This document shows positions 20,073 through 29,328 of a DNA stretch of 64,000 nt, piece by piece (the stretch's first letter is position 1; every line of letters starts with the position of its first letter). The notes beneath the pieces were generated by a model that saw only the letters and a list, made by a program, of their open reading frames with translations, was not told where the DNA came from and made no database searches. Source of the DNA: an uncultured Anaerolineaceae bacterium (GTDB lineage: Bacteria > Chloroflexota > Anaerolineae > Anaerolineales > E44-bin32); the NCBI GenBank assembly GCA_964591485.1, contig CAZQDE010000009.1:19-64018 (forward strand), given 5' to 3'. A program made the translations under genes and the position numbers.

Positions 20073-21140
20073 TCACTGGAGGATCTCCACATTATCCAAT
20101 GGTACCCTAGCGGACCCCACCCCCTCGATTTCAATCTCTACGCTCCGGGCCCGGATCCCACTTGGGTACAGCATTGCTTCTTTAAGGATCGATTTTACAA
20201 CCCCGACCTCACCCAGGTGAGGCTCCCGCACCACCCTCACCCGCACACCGGCTTTCAACGGGACGACTTCTTCGGGTAGATCGAGCGTGCGGCTCGCCGG
20301 AAGCGGTATGATGGCTTCCGGTCGCTGGCCGGGCTGCGCCCAGGGCGTGCCCGCATCGACGGCCACCTCCCGGCCCACGTTGCTGGTGAAGAGCTGGAAT
20401 GCGGGGGCATTCATCGGCCGCCGGCCAAAGCCCTCAGTGAGCATAATGGGAAATGGAAGCCTGCGGGCCACGGGGATCAGGTCCGAACTCATGCTCCCCA
20501 TGATGACGCCACGCACCGAAAGTTCAGTGGCCTGGTGCAAAGGGGCAGAGTGATCGCACGTCCCCGCAACGAGCACGGCGCCCCGCAGGTTCACATCCAA
20601 TTGATCGGTCTGCAGGCTCCCGGAGGGGCCTTCGCTCACGACGCGCATCACACCATAATCCTGGCGGGCATTGCCCCACATGCCCTGCACCAGCGCGCCG
20701 GTCGCCTCCAGGGTCACCACCTGCGAACCATCCGTGGCGATGACGACGCCCGGAAATCCGGCCCGTACTTGCACCACTTCTCCTCGCGCTTCCAGCAGCA
20801 CCCGGCACTTGCGAATGACCACCACCATTCCGTCGGCAGGAGCCCTTACACTCCGCCGGGCCACCCCGACCGGTCCTGCGATCACGTCCCCCATTTCGAC
20901 CCGTTCTCCCTCCCGGCAGCGAATCAGCTTCGCCGCCTGGGCAGCCGGCACCCCCAGGCCGCGCGCGACGTCCAGGTAATAATGCCGGGCTTGAACCTCG
21001 GCTTCGCCCACCACATCTGCTGCCTGAACCTTTTCATTCACCCGAACAGTGATGGCTCCGGGTGCGGGGAGCACGCGCTCCCGGCGAATGACGGTCATCC
21101 GCAGCACATGCGTGATGGCTGGCAAGAACCATTCGCTCAT
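20073..21140 (-). CDS. Conserved hypothetical protein of the GlmL-associated cluster (barrel-sandwich-like repeats, C-terminal KOW-like segment)
   Basis: 356 codons with coding-like bias; VRAPADGMV/VRAGFPGVV repeats and GVRVRVVREPHLGEVGVV. Confidence 0.65.
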   Translation of the reverse strand: MSEWFLPAITHVLRMTVIRRERVLPAPGAITVRVNEKVQAADVVGEAEVQARHYYLDVARGLGVPAAQAAKLIRCREGERVEMGDVIAGPVGVARRSVRAPADGMVVVIRKCRVLLEARGEVVQVRAGFPGVVIATDGSQVVTLEATGALVQGMWGNARQDYGVMRVVSEGPSGSLQTDQLDVNLRGAVLVAGTCDHSAPLHQATELSVRGVIMGSMSSDLIPVARRLPFPIMLTEGFGRRPMNAPAFQLFTSNVGREVAVDAGTPWAQPGQRPEAIIPLPASRTLDLPEEVVPLKAGVRVRVVREPHLGEVGVVKSILKEAMLYPSGIRARSVEIEIEGVGSARVPLDNVEILQ

Positions 21141-21180
21141 GGCACACACACCGCCAGGTGTGCAAGAAGGGTGCCAGAGA

Positions 21181-22941
21181 TCATTCCATCGCCCCGATAT
21201 CCCACAGCCACTTCTCGTTGGTCTCCCGTCGCAGGCCCGGATCCCTTGCCAGCGGAAGCGGCCGGCCGCGCGCATCGAGGATCAATCCCACGGCACCACC
21301 CGCCACGCGCAGCGCTCCCGCCTTCCCCGGCCCGCCGAAGCCCACATCGATTCCCCGCTCGGGGCGCAGTGTCAGCCGGCCATACTCCCCCTGCCGCAAG
21401 GGCAGCACAGCCAGTTGGCCCATGCGTACTTCACCGGCGATATCCTCGCCTCCTTGCTCCAGTTCTAGACGCAGCGTCAACACCCGCCGGCCCGGTCTGG
21501 CGCGTCCCACCGGTGCAACCACCGTGCCCAAGCTGACGTAACTGCCGGATTCAAGCACATGCACGGTCAAAAGCGGGGCCGGCCCCGCGGCGGCGCCTAT
21601 CCCCGGCGAAAGGCCATGTGGATCCAGCACCAGGGTGGTTACGCCGGTGGGTTGCAATCCATCCAGGAGCGCCAAGGCGGCCAGTCCCGGCCGCGGCGCA
21701 CGGGCGAAGACAGCCCCACTGGCAATAATTGGTTCCATGGGCGGCAAGAGTGCGCTGGAGGCGTAGTTCTTCCCGGATGGCCAACCCCGCCGCGCCAAAC
21801 GCATGGCTGTAAGAACTATCTCTCTTGCCAGCGCCAATTCCAGATGCAATTCCTCGGCGCTGGCGGGCACGGTATAGGGATAGGCAGCCTTGTTGTAGAT
21901 GAAGTCTCGCAGCTTGGTTTTCGAAATCTCGATTGGGAGCCAGCGCATGATGTTTTCGAGGCTGCTACGCCGCAGAATCCCGAGCACCGAACTTCCTATG
22001 CCCAGGTTAGTCTGCACGTTTAGGCGCAAATCAGCCTCAAAGGCTGCTGCGATCATGGTGTGAGTGGCCCCCACGTCGATGCCGAGCACCCCCTTCTCGG
22101 GGTCATAGATACGGCTGAGGTAGCGGAACACCCGTCCATAGGCATCGGCAGTGAGCATCGAGTATCCGCCGGACCACTTGTCCAGCTCTTCGAACCCGCC
22201 CACCTGTCGGGCGCGCACTTCGGCGATGGCCTCCCCGATCGCCAGCCTGGCCTGAGTCAGGTTTTCATGTCTCAAGGCCGGGCGAGCATTGGGCGCCAGG
22301 GCCACGTCGAAGCCTTCGCCGAAGCGCTCCGCAACCGCCGCGCCTAAGTTCCTGTTGCCGGCGTAGATAATGCGGGGGCGTTTGGCGCGAGGAATCAATC
22401 CCACTGCGGCGGCGACCAGGTCCACGAGCTGGAGAACCGATTCGCGCGCGCCGCCATCCGTGCCACCCACGATCAAGACCAGATCCGGCCTGGAAGCAGC
22501 AATGGCGTCGATCTTCTCGTCGTCGCGGCGCCCATCCAGCAAACTCACCTCTTCGACCAACTCCAGATAGGTCGATGTGATCATGCGACGGGCGCTGGCC
22601 ATCGAAACCCCGGGCATCAGTCCCACCAGTACGGTCCGGACCTTGGGACCCGCAGAGGCGGTGCTCACGAGCAGGTCCACACCTGCCCCGCGACTGGTGA
22701 CGGGCATGATCGGCAAATCCGATTCATCCAGGATCTGGCGTCCGGTGACGGCCTGGACCTGGTCCAGCGCCATGCGCACACCCTCGCCGACATCGAAGAG
22801 CGGCGGGCCAGCGGTGGTAGGTGCTCGACCGGTGGCGATCAGTCGGTAGCGTCCGTCGACGACATCGAAGAGACTGGCGCGGGTGTTAACCGTTCCCACA
22901 TCGATGGCCAGGAGGGTTTCGGCTTCCAGGATCGCGCTCAT
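21181..22941 (-). CDS. Glutamate mutase L (GlmL/MutL)-like ASKHA-fold protein
   Basis: Two actin-like phosphate loops (AIDVGTVNT, GIDVGATHT), STASAG and LIVGGTDGG. Confidence 0.8.
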   Translation of the reverse strand: MSAILEAETLLAIDVGTVNTRASLFDVVDGRYRLIATGRAPTTAGPPLFDVGEGVRMALDQVQAVTGRQILDESDLPIMPVTSRGAGVDLLVSTASAGPKVRTVLVGLMPGVSMASARRMITSTYLELVEEVSLLDGRRDDEKIDAIAASRPDLVLIVGGTDGGARESVLQLVDLVAAAVGLIPRAKRPRIIYAGNRNLGAAVAERFGEGFDVALAPNARPALRHENLTQARLAIGEAIAEVRARQVGGFEELDKWSGGYSMLTADAYGRVFRYLSRIYDPEKGVLGIDVGATHTMIAAAFEADLRLNVQTNLGIGSSVLGILRRSSLENIMRWLPIEISKTKLRDFIYNKAAYPYTVPASAEELHLELALAREIVLTAMRLARRGWPSGKNYASSALLPPMEPIIASGAVFARAPRPGLAALALLDGLQPTGVTTLVLDPHGLSPGIGAAAGPAPLLTVHVLESGSYVSLGTVVAPVGRARPGRRVLTLRLELEQGGEDIAGEVRMGQLAVLPLRQGEYGRLTLRPERGIDVGFGGPGKAGALRVAGGAVGLILDARGRPLPLARDPGLRRETNEKWLWDIGAME

Positions 22942-22951
22942 GCCGTCCCCA

Positions 22952-23674
22952 TCATCCGCCCATCCACCCGATTACCGCATGCCGCAAAAATTGCACTCTC
23001 TCGGCCAGGATGAGAATGGAGGCCGTCATGGCACCTGCGTACATCACCCCGAAAGTAAGTGCGATGAAAATGCGTCCCACATAGGCCATCCCCTGGGTGA
23101 ATCGGGATCGATGCACCCTGCCGGTGGCCTCCCTGCGGGCACCGAAACGGAAATACATCAAGGTGCTCAAGGTCGCCAGGAAGAGCACCAAGCCACTGAT
23201 GAGCCGCTCGGCCCAGCTCGCAATCGGCTCTCCCGCTGCTGGGATCATTGTCTCTGGGCCCAACGCCTCGCCCGCCGCCAGGGCCTGCGGGAGCAGGGTG
23301 CCGGTGATCCCACCACCCACGACAACCGCAGCCCCGACGCCGACCACCAGCGCCACCGGCAGACCGCCAAAACGTGTGGTCCTGGGGGAGAGCTTCAAGA
23401 GCATCAACAGGGATAGGATCCAAGGGATCAGCAGCGTGCCGACACCCTCGCGTGTGAGCAGGCCGGATGGCCCAAAACGGATCAAGGGATCCACGAGCAC
23501 CGGCCGGATCACGTTATGCCAGGCGATGGCGCCGGCATAGCCAGATGCCACGCCGACAAACAAGTAGCTCGCCAAGCGGAAGAAGGCATTATCGCCGATC
23601 AAATAGCTCAGAACCATGATCGTCAGCAAGGCTGCGATGATCGTTCCAATGAAGTCCAGCGTGGGCCCGGGCAA
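22952..23674 (-). CDS. Multi-pass membrane protein (GlmL cluster)
   Basis: Six to seven hydrophobic segments; LSYLIGDNAFFRLASYLFVGV. Confidence 0.75.
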   Translation of the reverse strand: MPGPTLDFIGTIIAALLTIMVLSYLIGDNAFFRLASYLFVGVASGYAGAIAWHNVIRPVLVDPLIRFGPSGLLTREGVGTLLIPWILSLLMLLKLSPRTTRFGGLPVALVVGVGAAVVVGGGITGTLLPQALAAGEALGPETMIPAAGEPIASWAERLISGLVLFLATLSTLMYFRFGARREATGRVHRSRFTQGMAYVGRIFIALTFGVMYAGAMTASILILAERVQFLRHAVIGWMGG

Positions 23675-23693
23675 TTTGGATCCCCGTCCTTTC

Positions 23694-25784
23694 TCAGCCT
23701 TGCGCCCTGCGTATCAGCCAGCTGATGAAACCATAGGCTCCGCCGGCGAGCAGGATCAGTTGGGCGGCGAGCATGCCCGTTCCGAAGGCGTTCCACTGCG
23801 AAGCCGCTAACTGTGGCTGGCCGCTCAATTGGCGGTAGGACACCGCCGAGGGCAATCCGGTGAGAATGCCATCCACCCTGCGGTCGGCCGCCTCAAAGTA
23901 GGGTCGCACCAGCGGTTCGGCCCCGGCGCTCAGCACCATGATGAGCGGCGTATCGCCGATCCATGGGTGAGTCTGCTCCGCCCAGGTCCGTGCGGTCTCG
24001 GTCCCGGCCGTAATCACAACCACCAATCCGAAATCTGAGAGCCGCTGAACCTGGCGCAGGCCCTCGATCGCCCAGGGATCCTTCTCTTCGCCTTCCCGGG
24101 GCAAGTGGAACCCGGAAAGCACGGCGTCACGCGGGGCGATGGAGAAGAGTTGAACCGCGGTCGGACCGCCGGCGAGATATCCGAGATGGGAGACCTGCGC
24201 ACCCGCAGCCGCGGCCTCAGCGAACATCCGTTCCGCCAGCGGGGGGCCCGTGGGCCGGGTGGAAAGTGTGGCGATGGGGTAGCCCCGTTGCGTAAGCTGC
24301 CCCACAACGGCGCCCGCAACGGAGCTCAATTCGCCGGTGTAGCCCGGTGTGTAATCGAAGACCACCAAGGCCGGTCGATCTACCGGCTGATCACCAATTC
24401 GCTGTATCAGCGGTGCCAGATCCGGTGAGATACTGGCGGGTAGCGGATAGCCACGCATGCCCATACGCTCGAACGAGAAGGGAATCAGGACGGCCACCAA
24501 CATGACCAGACTGATGGCCCAGCGCACGAAGGGTATGCGCATCGCTGGACCTTCAGACGGGGCCATTTCCTGCTGCTCGTAATCCACCAGGCGCTGCAGT
24601 AATTCGGCCTGGGCGTACTGGCGCTCCGTGACCTCCAACTGAGCCGCAGCGGCGGTGGCCATCCGCGGCTTGGCCACGACCGGCTCCGCCATAAGAACCC
24701 CGCGCAGACCTGCGAGTGGGCCAGCCGATTCGACTGGTTGCTCCTCCTCGCGCTCGATCTCGATCTCTGGCCGGAAGGCATCCGTGGGGCGCATGGCCTC
24801 GAGCCAGGAGGGCAAGGTCGCAGGCGCCAGGTCGGGCGACTCGACTTCTTCCTCGGGCTCCTCGGCCGATACAGGGATTTCCGCCCGCAGATCTTCCAGC
24901 CAATCCGGCAGCTCCACCCCCTCCAGGTCAGACTCCCCGATCTCAACCAGAGGGACCTCGGACTGATCCTCCGGGACCAGCGCCGGGACATGCGGCAGCG
25001 CCTCCCCCTCCAGATCCTCAGGCGCCAAGGGTGGTGCTTCGGGCCCTTCTTCCTGGACTTCGGGAAGCGGCATCTCCTCGGTGAGCGCATCCAGGTCCTC
25101 AGCAAAGAAGGGGCTCTCTGCCGGCAGCGTCTCTGGCTCCGCCTCTGCCGCAAGGCCCTCCTGGACGGCTTCCTCCGCCTCAGGCTCCGGCAACGGTTCT
25201 TCCAGGGCCTCGCTCGGCGGCATGGCTTCGATCTCGGATGGAGGCTCCTCTGCGGCCGGAATCTCGGCTTCGCCCTCGTGGCGCAGGCGCTCCAGCCAAT
25301 CCTCTTCCTCGGGGATCGCGGCCTTCTGCATGGCTTGCTTGGCCCGGATGCGCGCCAGCCACTCCGGTACCTGCTCGGCCTGCTCGAGCCCCTCATCCTC
25401 TGCGGCCGCCGCTTCCGACTCATCCCCCGCGGCGATGAATTCATCCATCCATTCAGGCAATACGCCTTCCGGAGGTCCTTCCTCGTAGCCGCTATCCGCC
25501 TCACGCAACCGGCCCAGCCAATCTGGCGCGGGGCTTTCCCCGGACTCCTCCTCCGTCGGCTCCTCTCCCCCAGACGTCAGAGCCTGCGACCGGATGCGCG
25601 CCAGCCAGTCCTCTTCGCCATCTTCGACGCCTGGCGGAGGCCCGGGCGCACCGGCCTCCTCGTGCGGGAGGCCGAGATCGCCACCTGCAACCAGGGGCTT
25701 CAGCCGCGCCCCGCATTCCCCGCAGACATCAGCCGTCTCCGGGTTGGGCGCGCTGCACATTGGACACCGTACTTCAGGCATCAC
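23694..25784 (-). CDS. Zinc-ribbon + acidic repeat linker + membrane-anchored C-terminal domain protein
   Basis: CPMC...CGEC zinc ribbon, ~350-aa Glu/Pro-rich linker, TM helix, alpha/beta domain and a C-terminal TM helix. Confidence 0.78.
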   Translation of the reverse strand: MMPEVRCPMCSAPNPETADVCGECGARLKPLVAGGDLGLPHEEAGAPGPPPGVEDGEEDWLARIRSQALTSGGEEPTEEESGESPAPDWLGRLREADSGYEEGPPEGVLPEWMDEFIAAGDESEAAAAEDEGLEQAEQVPEWLARIRAKQAMQKAAIPEEEDWLERLRHEGEAEIPAAEEPPSEIEAMPPSEALEEPLPEPEAEEAVQEGLAAEAEPETLPAESPFFAEDLDALTEEMPLPEVQEEGPEAPPLAPEDLEGEALPHVPALVPEDQSEVPLVEIGESDLEGVELPDWLEDLRAEIPVSAEEPEEEVESPDLAPATLPSWLEAMRPTDAFRPEIEIEREEEQPVESAGPLAGLRGVLMAEPVVAKPRMATAAAAQLEVTERQYAQAELLQRLVDYEQQEMAPSEGPAMRIPFVRWAISLVMLVAVLIPFSFERMGMRGYPLPASISPDLAPLIQRIGDQPVDRPALVVFDYTPGYTGELSSVAGAVVGQLTQRGYPIATLSTRPTGPPLAERMFAEAAAAGAQVSHLGYLAGGPTAVQLFSIAPRDAVLSGFHLPREGEEKDPWAIEGLRQVQRLSDFGLVVVITAGTETARTWAEQTHPWIGDTPLIMVLSAGAEPLVRPYFEAADRRVDGILTGLPSAVSYRQLSGQPQLAASQWNAFGTGMLAAQLILLAGGAYGFISWLIRRAQG

Positions 25785-26446
25785 TCATCCCCATAAGGCC
25801 GATCCAAAGCCAGGAGAACCCGCAGCCCGGTCATGATCGATCCCAAGGCCACCCCAAGCAGAATCCCCCGAGCGCCACCGGCGGCGGATACTTGCGCCAG
25901 CCAGTTGCGAAGCCCGCCAAAGAAGCTGTCAAGCATACCGCCGCTAGGTATAAGGCCCGGCCCAGAGCCCAGCAGGACTAAGAAGGCCGTGCCTATGAAG
26001 ATCGCGCTGATTAGATCGGGGCGGCGCGCCAGAAGGCGGAATCCCGCCAGGGCAAGCGTGATCGCCAGCAGCGCCGAAAGCGTGGTCTCAACCGGCATTT
26101 GAATGTAATTGAAGAACAGCAGCACCGCAGCGCTATCTGGTCCAAAGATTAGCCCCAAGATCAGCGTTGCCAGGAAGGCCAGTAGGAAGACGGCGCTATA
26201 CCCCCACCCTCGGGCCTGCTCGCTGACCTTACTCCAATGAACGGCCAGCAGATTAATCAGACCCACGAACAGTGCCACACCTGCCAGGAGTACCGCCCAG
26301 CGCATCAAGAGCAGACGCAACTGAAAGATGCTCTGCAGCCACCCCTCCGCCGGGATCGCATCCAGCTGGACAAAGTAGCCCAGGAGAACCAGGATCCCCA
26401 CAGCGGTGGCGACCGCCGCCCATAGCAGATAGGAGCCCAGCCTCAT
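25781..26446 (-). CDS. Multi-pass membrane protein (GlmL cluster)
   Basis: About six TM segments; RGILLGVALGSIMTGLRVLL. Overlaps both neighbours by 4 bp. Confidence 0.75.
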   Translation of the reverse strand: MRLGSYLLWAAVATAVGILVLLGYFVQLDAIPAEGWLQSIFQLRLLLMRWAVLLAGVALFVGLINLLAVHWSKVSEQARGWGYSAVFLLAFLATLILGLIFGPDSAAVLLFFNYIQMPVETTLSALLAITLALAGFRLLARRPDLISAIFIGTAFLVLLGSGPGLIPSGGMLDSFFGGLRNWLAQVSAAGGARGILLGVALGSIMTGLRVLLALDRPYGDE

Positions 26447-27192
26447 AGGTCCACCCCCAGCAGACCCAGCAAGGCTCCCAGGAGGATGCCCAATATCAGG
26501 ATAAGGCGCATGGCGTCCTGCACCCGCAAACTGGCCAGATGGGCCCTGTCCCTGCGCAAATAGGCACCCCCCGCGAAGATCTCCTCGCCGATGAGCGGAT
26601 GCGCCGCCGTGGCATACAGTAGTGCCTGCGACTGAACATCATCCGTGCCGGCCATGACGAAGCAATTCTGCCGCTCGCCGAAATCGGCCGCTAAGGCGCC
26701 TTCGGCGCCGAATGCGCCCAGCAGGATGTGCACGGAAACATCCTCACTGGATAGCAGCGTAGGCAGGCTGGCAACATAGCTGAAGGGTGTGGGACCCAGC
26801 ATGCGCGCTGCGATGGGGCGATAGCGGTCCAGCGCGCCAGCCTGGGTGTAGGCCGATCTCAACGTATCCTGGGCGAGAATGGCCATGGCCCCATCGCCGG
26901 TCGTGACCACCGCCGGCCGATCGCTTAAGGAGGTGACCCGCGCAATCTCGGCCAGAGTCGCCAGGCCTGCCAGCGCCGGGGCCACATCCGTGCCGATGAC
27001 CGAGCCTGTCCCGAGTGAGAAATGCACCCTTTCGCCGGCCTCCACAGCCCGCTCGATGGCGCCTTTCAGAGCCTCAAAGGCCGGGATCTCGCGGAAAATC
27101 GGGGCCTGGCGCTTCCCCATGGCCAGATAGATCACCAGCAGAATGATCATCAGCGCCAGAACCGTCAAACCCAGGAAATCCAGACCCATCAC
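26443..27192 (-). CDS. DUF6754-like membrane protein
   Basis: FREIPAFEALKGAIERAVEAG and LIGEEIFAGGAYL resemble DUF6754 members. Confidence 0.65.
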   Translation of the reverse strand: MMGLDFLGLTVLALMIILLVIYLAMGKRQAPIFREIPAFEALKGAIERAVEAGERVHFSLGTGSVIGTDVAPALAGLATLAEIARVTSLSDRPAVVTTGDGAMAILAQDTLRSAYTQAGALDRYRPIAARMLGPTPFSYVASLPTLLSSEDVSVHILLGAFGAEGALAADFGERQNCFVMAGTDDVQSQALLYATAAHPLIGEEIFAGGAYLRRDRAHLASLRVQDAMRLILILGILLGALLGLLGVDL

Positions 27193-27422
27193 AGATCGCT
27201 CTCCTGCTCCAGTAAATCAATCAAGACATCGACTTGCTGGGGGTCTTCCAGCATCCCGGCGAAGGCTTCCCAGGTGCCTTCTCGACCTCCGAGCAGCGGC
27301 GTGAGCAGATGAAGCGCTTGCGCCCCCGCCACCGACAGGGGTCGGAAGCCCCTCAGCAAGGCCGCAGAAAGATCCCCCAGGCCCGAATCGCGGAGCCAGG
27401 ACGCTAGGCATTCGATAGTCAT
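27189..27422 (-). CDS. Small hypothetical protein (first gene of GlmL cluster)
   Basis: 77 aa; its stop overlaps the next ATG. Confidence 0.6.
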   Translation of the reverse strand: MTIECLASWLRDSGLGDLSAALLRGFRPLSVAGAQALHLLTPLLGGREGTWEAFAGMLEDPQQVDVLIDLLEQESDL

Positions 27423-27445
27423 TCGCTCTTCTCGCATCGTCGCGC

Positions 27446-27454
27446 AGTATAGCA
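27446..27454 (-). promoter_or_regulatory. Extended -10 promoter of the GlmL/DUF6754 cluster
   Basis: TGcTATACT, 23 nt upstream of the ATG at 27422. Confidence 0.5.
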
Positions 27455-27682
27455 CAAGGGGCAGGCCTGCAAAACACGCCTGGATGATGATTGCGGCATG
27501 ATGCCCTAAGGGCCGATTCTAGACCGCGCAGGCTCGCCAAAGCAAGCAGCCTTCTAAGACAAGGGCTGGGGCTCTCGCCAGGCAATCGCGCACGGGCCGC
27601 TGCCCGTTCCGGCGGCGGCCCGCTGCATTCTTGCTTGCGGACGTGGAACCCGCAACATGATTCTGTCTGGTCCATCGCGCAC

Positions 27683-28906
27683 TCATGAACCACCCGAGAT
27701 GAAATCCAGCGCGTAGCGTGCGTCCTGGTAATTCGGATTGACCCGCAGGGCAGCCAAGAAGTCCTCCCGCGCCCCCGGAACGTCGCCCTGCCGGTAGCGG
27801 GCCCATCCGCGCCAGAGCAGCGATTCCTCGGCTTTGGCCGTCCGGCGCAGGGTGGCGTTCGCCAGCTCGATCACGTCTTCCAGGCGCCCGCTGTGGAAGT
27901 AGGCCAGATAAGGGCCGAATTGATAGCGAGTGAAGCGCCAGGGTAGCCCCAACGCCAAGGCGCGATCGTAGGCCTCGGCCGCCTCACGATAGCGCTCGAA
28001 ATACACCAGATTGGTCCCGACATTGAACCAAGCGAAGGCATCCTTTGGTTCAAGCGCTGTTTCTTCCCAGGCGGTTTCAAGCGCCCGTTGGCGATTGAGA
28101 TCGGCATCCAAGTCCTCTTGGAGCAGCGATTCAAGCGGTGGCGGATCGGTCACGGGATAGAGAAAGAGATAGGCCCGGTTGAAGGCTTTCCAACCCTCAT
28201 CCAGCACCTCATAGGCCACCTCCTGGTCCGGGCCTGCGAAGGTGTCCTGACCGACGAAGACCCGGCGGGCGTCATCATAACCTGTGAGCAGCAGATAATG
28301 TCCCGCCCAGCCTTCATCCGGCCCATCACTTTCGACCATGTATCCCTTCTCCACAATGACGGGCAAGCCATAGGCCAGGAAGCGTTTCAGGGTCTCGATC
28401 GTCCCACCCACCCGATAGTCAGCCTCCATCCAGCCGGCACGGGTCCGCACGTAGTAAACCAGCTCGTCGATGTTGACATTCTTATCGCCCCGATCCGGCT
28501 TCAGGAGTTCAGAAATATCGAACTGGTCGCCATCCCAGCCGAAGAAGCGCAGTCCTAGCGCCAGGGTTGCAGGTCCGCAGTTGTTCCAATCCTGCTTCTC
28601 CCATGCCGGGGCCTGAAGCTGCACGACGCTGGGGAGCGGGGTGGCGCTGGGCGTGGGTGGAGCGGCAGTATGCTGGACGGACGGCGTCGGCGGGTGTGGT
28701 GTTGGCCGCACCGGCGCAGGCAGTCCGGCGGCGCCAGCGGGCGTGGGAAGCATCTCACTGGGGTAAATCAGGCCGCGCAAGATGCCCATCGCGGCGTCGA
28801 GACGCCATTCCGTGGCGTCTCGAACCTCGGGAACCCTGAATACTCCCCATCCAACCAGCACGGTCACCAAGCCCGCCGCCAGTAAGCGCCCTGTTCGCCG
28901 CGACAT
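27683..28906 (-). CDS. C39-like cysteine peptidase with TPR repeats
   Basis: QDWNNCGPATL (catalytic Cys), GHYLLLTGYD (His/Asp), C-terminal TPRs and an N-terminal anchor. Confidence 0.85.
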   Translation of the reverse strand: MSRRTGRLLAAGLVTVLVGWGVFRVPEVRDATEWRLDAAMGILRGLIYPSEMLPTPAGAAGLPAPVRPTPHPPTPSVQHTAAPPTPSATPLPSVVQLQAPAWEKQDWNNCGPATLALGLRFFGWDGDQFDISELLKPDRGDKNVNIDELVYYVRTRAGWMEADYRVGGTIETLKRFLAYGLPVIVEKGYMVESDGPDEGWAGHYLLLTGYDDARRVFVGQDTFAGPDQEVAYEVLDEGWKAFNRAYLFLYPVTDPPPLESLLQEDLDADLNRQRALETAWEETALEPKDAFAWFNVGTNLVYFERYREAAEAYDRALALGLPWRFTRYQFGPYLAYFHSGRLEDVIELANATLRRTAKAEESLLWRGWARYRQGDVPGAREDFLAALRVNPNYQDARYALDFISGGS

Positions 28907-28912
28907 GCGCGG

Positions 28913-28921
28913 ATTATATCA
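28913..28921 (-). promoter_or_regulatory. Extended -10 promoter, leaderless start
   Basis: TGaTATAAT, 6 nt, then ATG at 28906. Confidence 0.65.
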
Positions 28922-28930
28922 AGCCGCGCC

Positions 28931-29164
28931 CAGGTCATCACGCCCTCATGCATCTCGAATCCCATCGGCGGCGACCTGATCAGCACCGTCGTCTGGCGAG
29001 GCGTCCCACTCGCAACCCCGCTGGCCGAAGCTGGCATTCAGCCAGGCTCGCATACTCTTCGCGTGCGCGCCCATGATAGCACCGGCGAGCTCCAGATTCT
29101 CTCGCGCCGCTGGCCTCGCCCCGATGGTGCCACCGGAGTCCACGAGATCACCATCCGTTTATAG
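28931..29164 (+). pseudogene. Remnant of a sulfite-oxidase-family molybdopterin oxidoreductase
   Basis: Start-less open frame QVITPSCISNPIGGDLISTVVWRGVPLATPLAEAGIQPG-SHTLRVRAHDSTGELQ...PDGATGVHEITIRL*, joining the Moco-Cys motif directly to the C-terminal motif. Confidence 0.7.
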
Positions 29165-29328
29165 AACCTACCCCCAGGGCCACTGGCCTGGCCTCCACTC
29201 CACAAGGCCGCAGAAACCTGCGGTAGAATGAAGCGCGCTTATAACCCGCTGTGCCTCGGTTCGGTGCCGCCCGCAACTCAGATGCCATGGCGCAGCTCCC
29301 GGAGCGATCTCAATTCTCGGAGGATTTA

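Noticed and set aside
29230-29328. Possible riboswitch in the ~100-nt leader of the ABC binding-protein gene
   Set aside because: I found no recognisable aptamer consensus or terminator by eye.
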